From: Eledone cirrhosa
Taxonomy: Eukaryota
NCBI GenBank assembly: GCA_964016885.1
Contig: CAXHJY010000846.1
Span: 1-64,000, forward strand
Length of the DNA stretch: 64,000 nucleotides
Direction of reading: 5' to 3'
Shown: one piece after another, positions 46,840-60,039 of the stretch
Layout: each line of letters opens with the position of its first letter
Numbering within the stretch: the stretch's first letter is position 1
The notes under the pieces: generated by a model
The model's input: the letters and a program-made list of their open reading frames with translations, nothing else
What the model was told of the DNA's origin: nothing
The model's database searches: none
Position numbers and translations under genes: made by a program

Positions 46840-47745
46840 CCGCTATGTCTAGCTTTTGTTAATCTGGAGAAGGCTTTTGACAGAGTACTACAATCTGTCA
46901 TCTGGTGATACTTAACCCTTTAGCATTTACATTACTCTATATTTACTATTGTATTTTCATGGCATAATTACCTTACATAATTATCTCACATAATGAATCT
47001 ATGAGATTTTGATATTATTTTGAGAACAATACCTTAACATCCATATGAGTGGCTGGTTACAGCCAGTTTGAACAGAAAGAGGTGAGAGAATAGTGGCCGG
47101 ATACAGCCGGTTTAAATGCTAAAGGGTTAAGGAAACTAGGTGTAGAAGAATGGCTTGTGAGAGCAGTACCAGCCATGAAAAGATGAGTTGTCTGTAAAGT
47201 GAAGGTAGGAAATTAGTTTACTGAGAAATTCAATGTGCAGGTAGGAGTTAATTAAGGCTCAGTCCTCTGTCCACTTCTATTTATTATAGTTCTCCAGGCC
47301 ACAACAGAGGAGTTTAAGACTGTCTGTCCATGAGAACTTCTGTAAACTCATCATCTGGTTCTTATAGCTGAATCTGTGGAATAGTTAGAAAAGAAAATCT
47401 GGCTATAGAAACAGAACTTAGAATCAAAGGAACTCAGAATAAAATTGGGAAAAACCCACGTTTTAGGAAGTAAGAAAGGAACAGGAACCTGATCTCATCA
47501 GGGAAGTGATCTTGCTCAATATGTAGAAAAGGAGTAGGTAGAAACTCTATACAATGTGTTTATTGTAAATCTTTGGTACACAAAAGGTAAAACTGATAGC
47601 GAGCAGACTAACAGGAAAAGTAGACTTTGTATGTAATAGATGTACAGAAATCGTTAATAGTAAGAGACAGCATCAGCAAAATATATCTTTTCCAGTCTCA
47701 GAAAGGCCCCATAGAAGTGACTAATATTTTCTGCTACCTAGGTCA
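46840..47745 (+). mobile_element. Decayed PHD-type RTE RT fragment interrupted by a piggyBac-type MITE (46916-47126)
   Basis: LAFVNLEKAFDRV..IW*Y[TTAA-MITE-TTAA]RKLGVEEWLVRAV..CSICRKGVGRNSIQC. Confidence 0.85.
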
Positions 47746-47969
47746 TTTGAGCACTAGATACTATCTCAAAGAGTTTCCAAGGCTGGTTAAAGAACATTAG
47801 ACCAGCTCCCTTATTTGGAACACTTTAAAAGGCATACCTACTGGGAACAGCAAGGACCCTCTGATACATTCTGATTATCTGAAGCTACAAGTAATGAGTT
47901 GATGTCCATTTGGGCAAATTTTCCAGTTAAATAACATCACTAACTGAGATATCAAATTCATAATAATAA

Positions 47970-48375
47970 TAATTGTTTCTACTATTGGCACAAGGCCAGC
48001 AATTACCCAGTACATTACTGGTACTTAATTTTATCGACCCCGTAAGGATGAAAGGCAAAGTTAACCGCGGCGGGATTTGAACTCAGAATTGCAAGGGCCA
48101 TAACTCTATGCGTCAAAGCATGGCATCCGACCCTCTAACGATACTGCCATTCTGGTTTAGGCACAAGGCCAGTTCATAATAATAATTGTTTCTACGTTTG
48201 GCACAAGGCGAGCAATTACCCCAGTGCATCACTGGTGCTTTATTTTATTGACCCCATAAGAATGAAAGGCAAAGTTAACCTCAGCGAGATTCAAACTCAG
48301 ACCGTAAAGGGCCACAACTCTATGTCGCAAAACATGGCATCCGACCCTCTACCGATTCCGCCAACCCTCCGCCAG
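47970..48375 (-). mobile_element. Two tandem copies of the tRNA-derived SINE
   Basis: Same family as 46135-46325, at about 47970-48150 and 48183-48375. Confidence 0.8.
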
Positions 48376-48395
48376 TTCATAATAATAATAATAAT

Positions 48396-49835
48396 GATTT
48401 CATTTATTGGCCACAAGGGCCAACATGTAGGGGACAATACAAAGACAGGGACAGGGGGGTTTATAATAAGGTCGAGTAAAAGTGCACAATAGGAAGACTA
48501 ATTTAACAATGAAGATATACAAATATAAAATAAAGTATGTATAAATATAACAAAATAAATAAATTCCCCTATCGGGGGTGGACGACCCAGGGGTGACTCA
48601 GGTACCCCACCAATCCTGAACCACCCTGCGCTTCTAGGGCACTCAGGGAGAGCACCCTTCTCCTCAAGTTAGCTAGCCTATAGGCGCATGGTCAGAGTAG
48701 GCCCATTCACACGGGCCATTCTCGCCACATTCATCCACCTTTTAGCAAATGAACTGGGGAGCAGCACTTCTCTCTCCATCCTCACCTTCCTTTCCAGGTG
48801 AAACTTGAAGTTGATGAGGGATTGGCCGAAGAGAAAAGTGTCTGTCTTCAGTCCTTTTAATCTGGTCCACCATATAACCTCTTTCGCAACTGCCACCAGA
48901 CAGAGGAAAATTGCCTGCTCTTCCTAACCTAAGGAAGGCGGCGGGTCGATCTTCACTATGAACTCGGCCGATAGCCGGATCCGTTCCACACGCGACAGTA
49001 GCTGTTGGACATAACTCCATAAGTCAGTAATGCACGGACATTGGACAAGTGCGTGCAGAACGGTTTCGTCGCTCTGTGCGCATCTCGGGCAGGTCCGTCT
49101 GACAGCACTTCCGTGCCTGTAGAGTTTATCCCGAACCGGCAGTGCCCCCCGGAAGCACTGCCAAGCGAGGGATTTCTGGAAATTGTTCATTATCCCCGGC
49201 TCGAAAGTCCTCCGGTACAGACTGGTCAGTTCGACTTCATCAAGGCCCAAAGCATCTCCGAGTGCGTCATTGCACTTGCCCACCACTAATCCTCTATAGA
49301 ACTCAAGAGTGGAAGTTCCACTGATTGCATTGCCCGCTTGGTAGAGGGCAGTGAGTGCCTGGCAATATTCCAGGTGCCAGTCACTCAGTCTCAGTCTCTT
49401 CTTGACCCAGGACTGCAGCTCAGTCAAAGAAACGAGCTGCGGAAGGGCCCATCTGATAAACGGCGACCACACCTGTTCACCATTTAGGCAGAATATCTGG
49501 AGATATCGCAGCCTCAGCGCATGTCTGTGCATCATTAGCTACGGCATGCCCAGCCCTCTGTGTAGAGGGTGCTGGCAGCAGATGAACCGCCTCACCAATG
49601 GAACTTGTCCTCTCCACAAGAATTTGAAGAGGAGCCATTCCAACTTGACGAGGCGCAGACGGGGGCAAGTCACAATGGTCAGGCGGTAATAGATGACAGA
49701 CGCGATGTACGCATTCGCCACCTACATGCGACTTTTCAGCGATATCTTCCTCGCAGCCCATTTATGGATGAGACTGGCTACCCTGCTCATTACATCGTCC
49801 CAATTCATATCCACCTTGAGGTCTGGCCCGAACCA
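48396..49835 (-). mobile_element. 5'-truncated L1/Tx1-clade LINE (post-RT region, CCHC zinc knuckle, 3' UTR)
   Basis: WFGPDL, YIASVIYYRL..LFKFLW..GLGMP, SLAWQCFRGALPVRDKL..CPRCAQSDETVLHALVQC; a poly(A) signal then (ATT)n; (AAT)n on both flanks. Confidence 0.88.
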
Positions 49836-50110
49836 AATAATAATAATAATAATAATTATAATAATATGAATATGAATATTATATATAAGACTGTTATCAA
49901 TTCTATGTGTATTTAATGATAAAACCTAGAATCATTCAGTGTTATCTTGCTCACTGTTTTAACAGTGTTATCCTGTCACCTCATTGTCCTATATTAATAC
50001 CTAACAACACTGGTATTACAAACAGTTCTGTTTTGATAATTCTATCATTCTTTTATACTTATATTTAAAAAAAATCATTTTACTGGTTTTCGACTGTGGC
50101 TATGCTGAAA

Positions 50111-50520
50111 CACTACCATAAAGGGTTTTAGTTGATCATATCAGCTCCCGTACTTATAACAGACTTGTACACTACCATAAAGGGTTTTAGTTGATCATAT
50201 CAGCTCCCGTACTTATAACAGACTTGTACACAACCATAAAGGGTTTTAGTTGATCATAGCTCCTATACTTATAACAAACTTGTACACTACCATAAAGGGT
50301 TTTAGTTGATCATAGCTCCCGTACTTATAACAAACTTGTACACTACCATAAAGGGTTTTAGTTGATCATATCAGCTCCAGTACTTATAACAGACTTGTAC
50401 ACTACCATAAAGGGGGGTTTTAGTTGATCATATCAGCTCCAGTGCTTATAACAGACTTGTACACAACCATAAAGGGTTTTAGTTGATCATATCAGCTCCC
50501 GTACTTATAACAGACTTGTA
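50111..50520. repeat. Seven tandem 56-63 bp units amplified from a SINE-like repeat body
   Basis: Unit cactaccataaagggttttagttgatcatatcagctcccgtacttataacagacttgta. The flanks (ctgtggctatgctgaaa.., gtacttattttatc) resemble the single-copy version at about 27030-27115. Confidence 0.88.
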
Positions 50521-51109
50521 CTTATTTTATCACAGCATGACCAGTGATTGTGTTTGTGTTGTGTTATTTTATTGTGGTAGTTGTGTAGAGTGTGCATTGT
50601 AATATCTTATTGTGTGGTGAATATGTAAAGTATATGTTGTGTGTCATGCTATTTTATTGTGTAGTGTTTGTGTAGAGTATGTGTTGTGTGTTGTGTTATT
50701 TTATTGTGGTGATTGTATACAATAAGTGTTATGTGATTTTATTGTGGTGATTGTGTATTTTGTGTCATTTTATTGTGTGCAATATGTGTTGTGTTATTTT
50801 ATTGAGTAGTGAATGTGTAGAGTATGTGTTGTGATTATGACAAACTTCACTATGATTGTTTTTGACCTACTGACCAGAAATAGAGTCTAAATTTACCAAT
50901 TTGTTTTTAGGGATGATATCATTTGAGCACAACATTATTTTTGGATGCAGTTCAAAGTTCATTAGAACTAAATTAAGAATTATACACTGAGTCATTGATT
51001 ATTGAATATTTATTCTTGTTTTCTCTAACTTGGATTCTCATTATATTCATGGCAGGTCTCCAAAATAAATCTTATTTCTTTGGTTTTCTCATTTCTTCCA
51101 TCGTTCATC

Positions 51110-51490
51110 ACCCAACCCCAACACCATTACAACATTTACCACCACCACTGTCACTGCTACCACTGTTGGTGTCACCACCAGCACCACCACCATCACCACC
51201 AGCACCACCTCCAGTACCATCACCAGTACCACCACCACCATCACCACTACTACTACCACCACCACCACTTCCACTGCCACCGCTGTTGGTGGCGATACCA
51301 ACACCACCATCACCACCACCACCATCACCACTACTACTACCACCACCACCACTGCCACTGCCACCGCTGTTGGTGTCGCCACCAACACCACCATCAGTAC
51401 CACCACCACTACCACCACCACCACCACCACCATCACCACTACTACTACCACCACCACTGCCACCACTGTCACTGCCATTGCCACTACCAC
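51110..51490. repeat. (CAC)n-based compound repeat with higher-order duplication
   Basis: cactgccaccgctgttggt recurs three times inside the CAC/TAC runs. Confidence 0.9.
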
Positions 51491-52129
51491 CTTATAGCTG
51501 CTTTTCTATACTGGTATGAGTCGGACAGATCGTTACAAACCAAGTCAATACTTAATTGGAGCCACTGTCCCCCTAGACGGGTCAGGGGGACTGTGTCTGG
51601 ATCTGATACAATATATTTTGGCCTGTTTTTGCAGCTGGATACCCTTCCTAATGCCACCCTCTTTATAGGGTGTACTGGGTGCATTTTATCATCTGATTAT
51701 TCTAATATAGTTAACTCTGTAGCTATTTACAATCTTTGGAGAATGTGTAAGGTTGTGTCAATAGTATGGTGAACATTTTTCTGTGTCAGTTATTCAATCA
51801 CCTGACTGTTGGACTCATTAAATTAATGTGTAAGCAGTTGAGTATTCCACAGAGATGTGTAGCCTCATGTAATTTTCAAGCAGAATCAGTGTGACATAAC
51901 GTGATTAGGCTGGACCTTTGAATTACCAATACAATTCAACATCATCTCCTCATCCTCATCCTCAATTTCATCATTTAATGTCCATTTTCCTTGCTAGTAA
52001 GGGTTAGATGGTTGTCACAAACTGGTCAGTACTCTAGTAGATTCTCTGATCTCCAGGTGGGTTGGGGCCTTGACATACAATCCCATATACTACAGGGTGA
52101 ATTTTATTGAGGCACTACAGAGGTTGTGA

Positions 52130-52240
52130 AGGCACGTGGCTGAGTGGTTAGAGAATTGGATTCACAATTGTGAGGTTGTGAGTTCGACCGGGCGATGCGT
52201 TATGTCCTTGAGCAAAACACTTTATTTCATGTTGCTCCTT
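52130..52240 (+). mobile_element. tRNA-derived SINE head with CORE-like segment
   Basis: ggcacgtggctgagtggttaga (A box), gagttcgacc (B box), tgtccttgagcaaaacacttta. Confidence 0.65.
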
Positions 52241-53714
52241 CTGCCTGGAGTTGCGACTGATAGATAGTATTAGCAATTGGAAAGACCAATGAAAACATTG
52301 TTTCCTCAGTCCGATTTGATGAGGTCTGGGATCTTGTTGATCAACTGTTGGTAGAGGTTGTCATGTCTTTGTCATAACTTATGAGTCTTCCTGACAGCTT
52401 TTCTATAGCTGAATGTCCTTTCTATCGCTCAGTACTTTACAGAGTGTACTGGGTGGTCATTTATCATGTAGATTACCAACACTAGGGGCTTGTCATGCTT
52501 ATGACACAACTGAAGAGTTTTCTGATTATTTGTTCGGCAGGTTTTCTACAGCAGTATGCCCTTTCTATCACCAACCTAGTGGAAGTCGTTAAGTATTCCA
52601 CATTCCCTTAAAGCTAATTTCTGATTTGAATCCAGATAACACGATATGTGCAAAGGCTGGACCTCTGAATTATAGCTGCAATCCATCGGATGGACTTCCA
52701 AATAGTTTCCGTCTATCCAATTTTACTCTCAAGCCATAAGTTGATGTGAGGCTCTGGTAAAGATACCTGCCAAAGATACCTCATAGTGAAGTTGTATATG
52801 GAACCTTTTGATTGCAAAGTGAACCATTCAAGCATGCCTCATCCATTGCTGGAACATAACATCTATCAACAAGAAGGTTAATGTAAACCATCAAACAGTT
52901 TATTACCACCATCTCACCCTTGGGCTCATTTACTAAAATTCACTCGGAAGCAAGCTTTTGAAATAGATGTCAGGTTTGAGGATTATTTCTTCACACCAAT
53001 CACAAAGACAATTAAAAGGATCATTAGTTCAGCCTTTCTTCTATTGACTAAGCGATTTAACTCTTTATATACCAAATCACCTGAAACTGTCCCTGATTCT
53101 ATGATATAAAATTGTTTGTTTTAACCCTTTTGTGACTATTTCTAACGATATCCATTCTATTTCAATTAAATAATGAAGCATTTTGAGGTATTTACTAAAA
53201 CTATTAAGTATTTCATTGCTAAGATAATAACTTAACATGTGGTTCTTATATAACATAATGTTGGAACCCTTTCAGATAGGTGGGTATTTTATAGGATCAG
53301 GGCCAATTTAGTCAGGTTAGTAACAAATGGCTTAAATTGATTATATTTGTCAAAATATCTTCCATCATAATTTTATGTAAAAACATTTAAGTTATGTCCA
53401 AACATCAGCTTAATAACGAGAAAGTTAGTTATATTACTAAATCACTCAATTTTTTTATTATTGTCAAAAGTATTTGAAAACAATAGACAGTGTTTTTCAC
53501 TAGAAATATGTTAATGAAAGAGTTAAAGTGTTTATCTATCTATATACTACTAAAACTCTGTGATTGTGTGCTTGTTTGTTATTTAATACAGCCAAAATGG
53601 CGCATAATGGGAAAATACTTTGAAAGGAAGTTGCCTCTGAAATGGGAATACAAATGGAATAAAGCAAGTTTTGCATAAATTGGAGTATGGGTTCCCAAGA
53701 TACAGGGTTTTTGT

Positions 53715-55230
53715 TCTAGCTAAGTACACTTGTCGCCTAGCTTCCCTCCTGGTCTCTATGTAATGTACCATGCTTCCCCTTGTTTCCATGCCTGTCTCTT
53801 GGTTTTAATTGCTTCATCTACCTTATTGTTCCACCACCAAATCATCCACTTTCTCCCTGTAGTCTTGCTCCAACCACAGATCTCATCTGTCGCCTTTAGT
53901 AAGTTATTTTTTAGGAACTTCCAGTGCTTTTCTATATTGAATGTCTCTATCTGTTCTTCTTTACTGTCATAAGCATCAAGTAAAATATCTCTAAATCTGT
54001 TACTGGCTGAAGGATCTTTCAGTTCCAGATCTTTCTTCTCCAGGTTGCCTTCAGTTTTAAAGTTTGTCTAGCTCTGATAATGAGGTCGCTGACAACTAGG
54101 CTGTGTTGGGAGGTACCTTCCTTGTCTGGGAAGGCTTTTGTGTTTACAACCATCCATCTTTCTCGTCCTCTGGTAAGGATAAAATCTATCTGACTAGAAT
54201 GCTCTCCGTATCTATAGGTGATCAGGTGGTTGTTGGGTTTTTTGAAGTTTGTGTTACATATCGACAGGTCATTGGTGTTGCAGAATTCTAGAAGCCTGTA
54301 ACCTTCTTCATTTCTTGCACCAAACCCGTTGCCTCCATGGACTCTATAGAAGCCATCACAGTATTTCCTGTGTCCGTTAAAGTCTCCTACAACGAGTAGG
54401 AAGTCATTGTCACTCATTAGAGTGGTAGTGTGCATGAGGGACTAAAACCTATCTTTAAGTCTGCCTGGCAACCCAGATTGGGTGCGTAAGCGGATATAAT
54501 TGTAGCTATTGTTTTATTCATGACTAGTTTGAGTTTAATTAATAATGCGTTCATCTTGTTCACTGAAATTAACTTATCTTCCTATTTATCAGTTAATAGT
54601 ATACCTACACCACCCAGCCCATTATCATTTCCCACCCAGAAAAACTTGTAACACTATTTTTTGCCAACGAGGAGCCTAGCTGACCCTCCTCTCCATCTAG
54701 TCTCTTGCACATAACATACATCAATTTCTTTTCGCTCTAATATCTCTACAATTTCTCCTGTTCTTCCTTTCATTGTGCTCACATTGATTGTGCTGATTCG
54801 GTATTTGGGAGTTTGACGTCAATCATGGGTGAGGGTGAGTTTTTGCGAAGGCGGGTGTGTGTGTGTGTGTGTGTGTGTATGCTTTCTGTATCTGAATTAA
54901 GGATTCGCATGGTCACCTGGGTTCATATTCACTGAAAGTTGTTCCATCATCTTCAGCTCATCCATAGATAATGATAAACAAAGATTTCTCAAGGGAAGTG
55001 GGGTTAAGAAAGATAACTATTAGTAGCATTTGTTGCCTGGGGTGATGGATGATGGTATGTGTTGCTGTGGTATAATTGGTCAGTGAGTCTATCGTGGTGT
55101 GTGGGAGTGGGAGGGGAAGAAATATGAGCTAAGTAAGTATATGTACATAAATGTCTCAAGGAAAATAGAGAATTGTAGGGATAAATACATTGAGCTCTGA
55201 GAAAGTCTAGAAGTCTAGCTGTCTATGAAT
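53715..55230 (-). mobile_element. 5' portion of a PHD-type RTE (5' UTR, APE endonuclease, linker), 3'-truncated, inside Helitron unit 1
   Basis: ISTINVSTMKGRTGEIV..VQETRW..ISAYAPQ..VVGDFNGH..SQIDFIL..SQHSLVV; ends abruptly at ARRQVYLAR. Confidence 0.88.
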
Positions 55231-55390
55231 AGCTAATATAGATAAATTATACAGGCATTATAAACAGAATAAAATATACCGACTTGCTTCTTTGCTTGAA
55301 GAATGAATGAATGAATGAAAGATAGAAAGATATATCGTAAGAGATATGTAAAGAGAGAGAGAGAGAGACAGATAGATAGAGAGAGAGAGA

Positions 55391-55422
<32 letters not shown>

Positions 55423-56511
55423 TGTAACTCGCATGGTGATCGAGGCGGATAGAAGATAGAAAATAGAAAAACACGGGCAAAGATGTGTACGTAAATATAT
55501 ATATGTATACACACACACATACTTATATACACACATACATATATATGGGCCTTTCAATTTCATTTTACATTATATACATGTCTGTGTATATTTTAATTAT
55601 TTAAAAATTATTTTTAAGTGAACGTGACCTAACGGGTCACTGGTTGTCTAGTATACTAAATATCTGATTGTGCGCTTGTCTGTAATTTAATAGTCAAAAC
55701 GGTGCATAATGGGAAAATACTTTGAAAGGAAGTTGACCCTGAAATGGGAATACAAATGGAATAAAACAAGTTTTGCATAAATCGGAGTACGGGTTCCCGA
55801 GATATGGGGTTTTTCCAGGTACCTTCATAAATAGAGAGAGAGAAAGATAGAGAGAAAGAGACAGAGAAGGAAAATGGAAGCGAGACATATATATATATAT
55901 ATATGGGCCTTCTAATTTCATTTCACATTATATACATGTCTGTGTATATTTTAATTATTTAAAAATTATTTAAGTGAACATGATTTTGAAAAAATATTTT
56001 TAAGTGAACGTTACCCAACATGTCACGGGTGGTCTAGTATACTACTAAAACTATGTGATTGTGTGCTTGTCTGTAATTTAATACAGCCAAAATGGTGCAT
56101 AATGGGAAAATACTTTGAAATGAAGTTGCACCTGAAATGGGAATACAAATGAAATAAAACAAGTTTTGCATAAATCAGAGTACGGGTTCCCGTGGTATGG
56201 GTGTTTTTGTTTTTCCGGGTACCTTCATAAATAAAGAGAGAGAAAGAGATAGTGGTTGTGAGGGAGCAGATTCAAAGAAGGATCTATATAGAGAGAGAAG
56301 GAGACAGAGAAGGAAAATGGGAGAGAGAGAGAGCTGGAGGTGTTGAATTAAATTATATTAGGTGACTTCAAAGAATTGAATACAGCATTATAGTTTGGTG
56401 ACTGAATATTAAGTCATGTGTATCATATAACTTGTGTGTAGTGAATATTTCCTGCTCAATAGGAAGGGTTTCTAAGCTTGCATGCATATGTGTGTATATG
56501 TGTATATATAT

Positions 56512-58058
56512 ATCATCATCATCATCATCACCGTTTTACGTCCGTTCTTCCACGCTAGCATGGGTTAGACGGGTTGTCCTGTTGTGTGCAGTGTCTGGTC
56601 GGCTGACCATGCCTTACTCATACAGGAACTGATCTGGCTTGATTTCTACAGCTGGATGCCCTTCCTAACACCAACCTCATTTACAGTGAGTGCTGGGTGC
56701 TTTTTCGTGGCGCCTACACGTCCACTTTACAGTGTGGGCTGGGTGCTTTTTTGCCGTGGCACCTCCACGACCACCTTGCGGTAGGGGGTGTGGGGGCATA
56801 TTGTTTATATGCTTCAGCATGTACCCATGGGAGGTCGGGTACTCTGTATTACTGCGTGACGCCAGAAGTCACGGTCGTGTGTCATTGTCTTTGAGAGGTG
56901 TAATTGGGTAAGGTCGGCTTTTATCACCTCATCCCAGGTCATCTTGGGTCTCCCCACTCCTCGGTTTCCATCAACTTCTAGTGCTCTGCACCTTTTTATG
57001 CAGCTGTCATCCTTCATACGCGTCACATGTCCATACCAGCGCAACCGCCTCTCCTGCACACAGCATTTGATTCCTCTTATGCTCAGTCTCTCTCTCAATT
57101 CATTTATGCTTTGTCGTTCACGTATATTACTGTTACACATCCATCGGAGCATGCAGGCTTCGTTTCTCTCTAATCTACGTAAGTCTTCCACCTTCAGCGC
57201 CCAGGTCTCACTACCATGCAACATCGCTGTTCGGATACACGCATCATACAGTCTGCCTTTCATTCTGAGGGAGAAGCCTTTTGCAGCTAGCAGTGGTAGT
57301 AGTTCCCTAAACTTCTTCCATCCCGTTCTTACCCTAGTTATTGTACTTTCTGAACACCCACCTCCACTGCTAATTCGGTCACCTAGGTAGCAGAAGCTGT
57401 CTACTGTTTCTACAGGGCCCTCCCAGAGATTGGTGGTACTTGTTTCCTGTGGCTGTTTGCTACTTGCTGTTTCAGCACAGCTGCTGCATGTGAATCCTAC
57501 ATTCTTAATTAAGCTTCCTGAGATCCCGCTACATCTCTTGTGTACCCATTATTTGCATTTGGGGCAGAGAATGGAGTTCCTACCTACACCTTTCCTACAT
57601 ACTGAGCAAGGCCATTTCCCTGAGGGGATCTGGGTTCTGTTTTCTCGTCTACTTACAAGGACCTTAGTCTTGGTCATGTTGACTTTGAGACCCTTTTCTC
57701 TCTAGTCCCTGCTTCCAGGTTTGGAATTTATTCTCTAGTTCTACCATAGATTCAGCTATGAGTGCGAGGTCATCACCATACAGGAGTTCCCATGGGCATC
57801 CGGTCTTAAACTCCTCCGTTATTGCCTGCAGGACTATGATGAACAGGAGAGGGCTAAGAACAGAGCCCTGGTGGACCCCAACCTGTACGCTAAATTCCTC
57901 GCTATACTCATTGCTAATCCTAACTTTGCTGACTGCTCCCCTATACATGGCTTGTACCGCTTTCACAAGCCATTCATCTACTCCTAGTTTTCTAAGAGTC
58001 CACCAGATTACAGCACGTGGAACTCTGTCAAAGGCTTTCTCAAGGTCGACAAATGCCA
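56512..58058 (-). mobile_element. 5'-truncated PHD-type RTE (RT C-half, PHD, C-terminus, UTR, (GAT)n tail) inside Helitron unit 3
   Basis: LAFVDLEKAFDRVP, GVHQGSVLSPLLF, LLYGDDL, WPCSVCRKGVGRNSILCPKCK*WVHKRC, GVGRPKMTW. Confidence 0.92.
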
Positions 58059-58834
58059 AATATATATATATATGTGTGTGTGTGAGTGTATGTATGTGTA
58101 TGTGTGTGTGTATTCGTGTGTCTGTGACCAGGTCACAGACACCCATATATAGATATATATACGCACACACACACATACACACACACATATATATATATAT
58201 GTACACACACACACACATATGGGCCTTCTAATTTAATTTTACATCATATACAAGTCTGTGTATATTTTAATTATTTAAAAATTATTTTTAAGTGAACATG
58301 ATTTTTAAAAAATAGTTTTAAGTGAACGTGACCCAGCAAGTCACGGGTGGTCTAGAATTAATCTAAAAACCTTCCATCATAATTTTAACTAAAAATACTC
58401 ATTAAAATTATATTCCAAACACCTGCTTAATAATAAAGAAGTTAATTATATTACTAAATCCCTCAAAATTATTGATTATTTTCAAAAGTATTTGAAAATC
58501 ATAGATAGTGGATTTTATTAGAAATATGGCAATGAAAGGATTAAAACATAAAAAAAGACCAGATAATCGATCAGTAGTTTATATCCTATTACTGTATTGC
58601 TGTTGTTTAGCCCTGAGTCAAACCTGATTGAGCAGATCTATGACAAGAATCATTCCATCAATGGTCATTCCACCTATTTCTTTATTTTTATTTTTGTTCA
58701 ATGTATACTTGTCTTTTCAAGCTAGTAGGGTGTAAATCGAGGGAGATTTTACTGCTATTTCTATAAGGTTAACAACCTCATAGAGGTTTTCTCATTAACT
58801 TCGGAACTGCATTATGTTGAGATTCTAAATAAGA

Positions 58835-59275
58835 GCAGTGGATTGGCAGAATCATTAGAACATCAGATAGAATACTTTGCAGTATTCATTCTAGCTGTCT
58901 TCTCTCTTAGTTCAAATCTCAGCATGCTCTCAACTTTGACTTTCATTTTTCCAGTGTTGATAGAATAAGATATCAGTCAATAGTAGGGTCAGTATAATTG
59001 ACTTTCTCCCTCGACCCAAATTACTGGCCTTATGTCTAATGTAGTATCATTATTGGGATGGTGGATTAGTCGTATCGGTAGAGCGTCAGACAAAATTCTT
59101 TGCAGTATTCAGTTACATTTTTTTTTTAATGTTCTGAGTTCAAATCTTGCTGAGGTCAAATTTGCTTTTCACCCTTCTGGGATTGAGAAAATAAAGTACC
59201 AGTAACATACTGGAGTCAACATAATTCATTTTCACCTCACAAATTGCTAACCTTGTGCCGGTATTAGAAAGAATT
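58835..59275 (+). mobile_element. Two older tandem tRNA-derived SINE copies
   Basis: gtggattggcagaatcattaga..agttcaaatctc..ttgactttcat; gtggattagtcgtatcggtaga..gagttcaaatctt..aaataaagtaccag. Confidence 0.7.
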
Positions 59276-59701
59276 ATGTTGGGATTCTACTGAATGTTGA
59301 TTTACCACTAGTGTGTAGTAGGAGGTCATCACCACCGTCAGCACCAGCACCAGCGCCAGTACCAGCACCAGCACCAGCACCAGCACCAGTGCGATGTCTT
59401 TGTTATACTATTTATTTAAACCAGCTACTACTAGTTGAGTGTAACAGTTTGGCTAAGTCAGAGATGGGCAACTTTTTTCAAGCAGTGGGACGCATGAGAT
59501 ATGTCTCACCATAAGGAGGTCCACAATGCGAAAAAAAATTCCAATTCTGAAATTAGGTGTACCATTCAGAAAGCCAAAATAGCCGCACTTAAAAAAAAAA
59601 AAAAAAGAGTAATCCAAGGGGGATAACTCGAAAAATTGTTTCAGCGAGGGGACCAACTCCACTCAAACAAGAAAAAGGTTATTTCGTCTGAACATCTAGA
59701 G

Positions 59702-59953
59702 CAAGGGCCTCAAACACACGGTCCGCAAACTACTTTTCTATGATCCGCGACAGAACAAAAGAAATTAATTTTGATGCAATAAATAAATAAATAAATAAAT
59801 AACTAAATAAATAACAGGCTATCAGCTGTATTGTAGATTTGCATTATAACTGGTGGAAATCACGCTCCCCGCCGACCTATTTCACTTTTGGCCCGCTGCG
59901 CCTCTCCTCCAGGACGTAAATATCCTGTTGAGACCTTGAGTTTGCGACCTATG
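59702..59953. mobile_element. hAT/Charlie-like MITE remnant
   Basis: atctagag|CAAGGGCCTCAAAC ... GTTTGCGACCTATG; the right TSD is not preserved. Confidence 0.55.
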
Positions 59954-60039
59954 AGAAGTGCTAAAATCTTCATTTAAAATCAATCCAATCAATTATTTAA
60001 TCAGTTTAACCAGGGTCTTGTTGTATTAGGTCTCAACAT

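Larger units (their letters stand above)
53539..58355 (+). mobile_element. Head-to-tail array of three non-autonomous Helitrons (family C): 53539-55651, 55652-56037, 56038-58355
   Basis: Each unit starts (tcta)tatactactaaaact.tgtgattgtg..aatgggaaaatactttgaaa and ends gtgacc...gtcac.ggt.gtCTAG (hairpin plus CTAG). Confidence 0.85.

Noticed and set aside
50111-50520. CRISPR-like regular array
   Set aside because: The units are wholly repeated with no unique spacers, there are no cas genes, and the context is eukaryotic.
50995-51772. Poly-Pro (extensin/formin-like) and poly-His ORFs
   Set aside because: All frames of a (CAC)n repeat are open; there is no flanking domain or splice evidence.
52130-52200. 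tRNA gene
   Set aside because: A and B boxes are present but there is no full cloverleaf, and the sequence continues into a SINE body.
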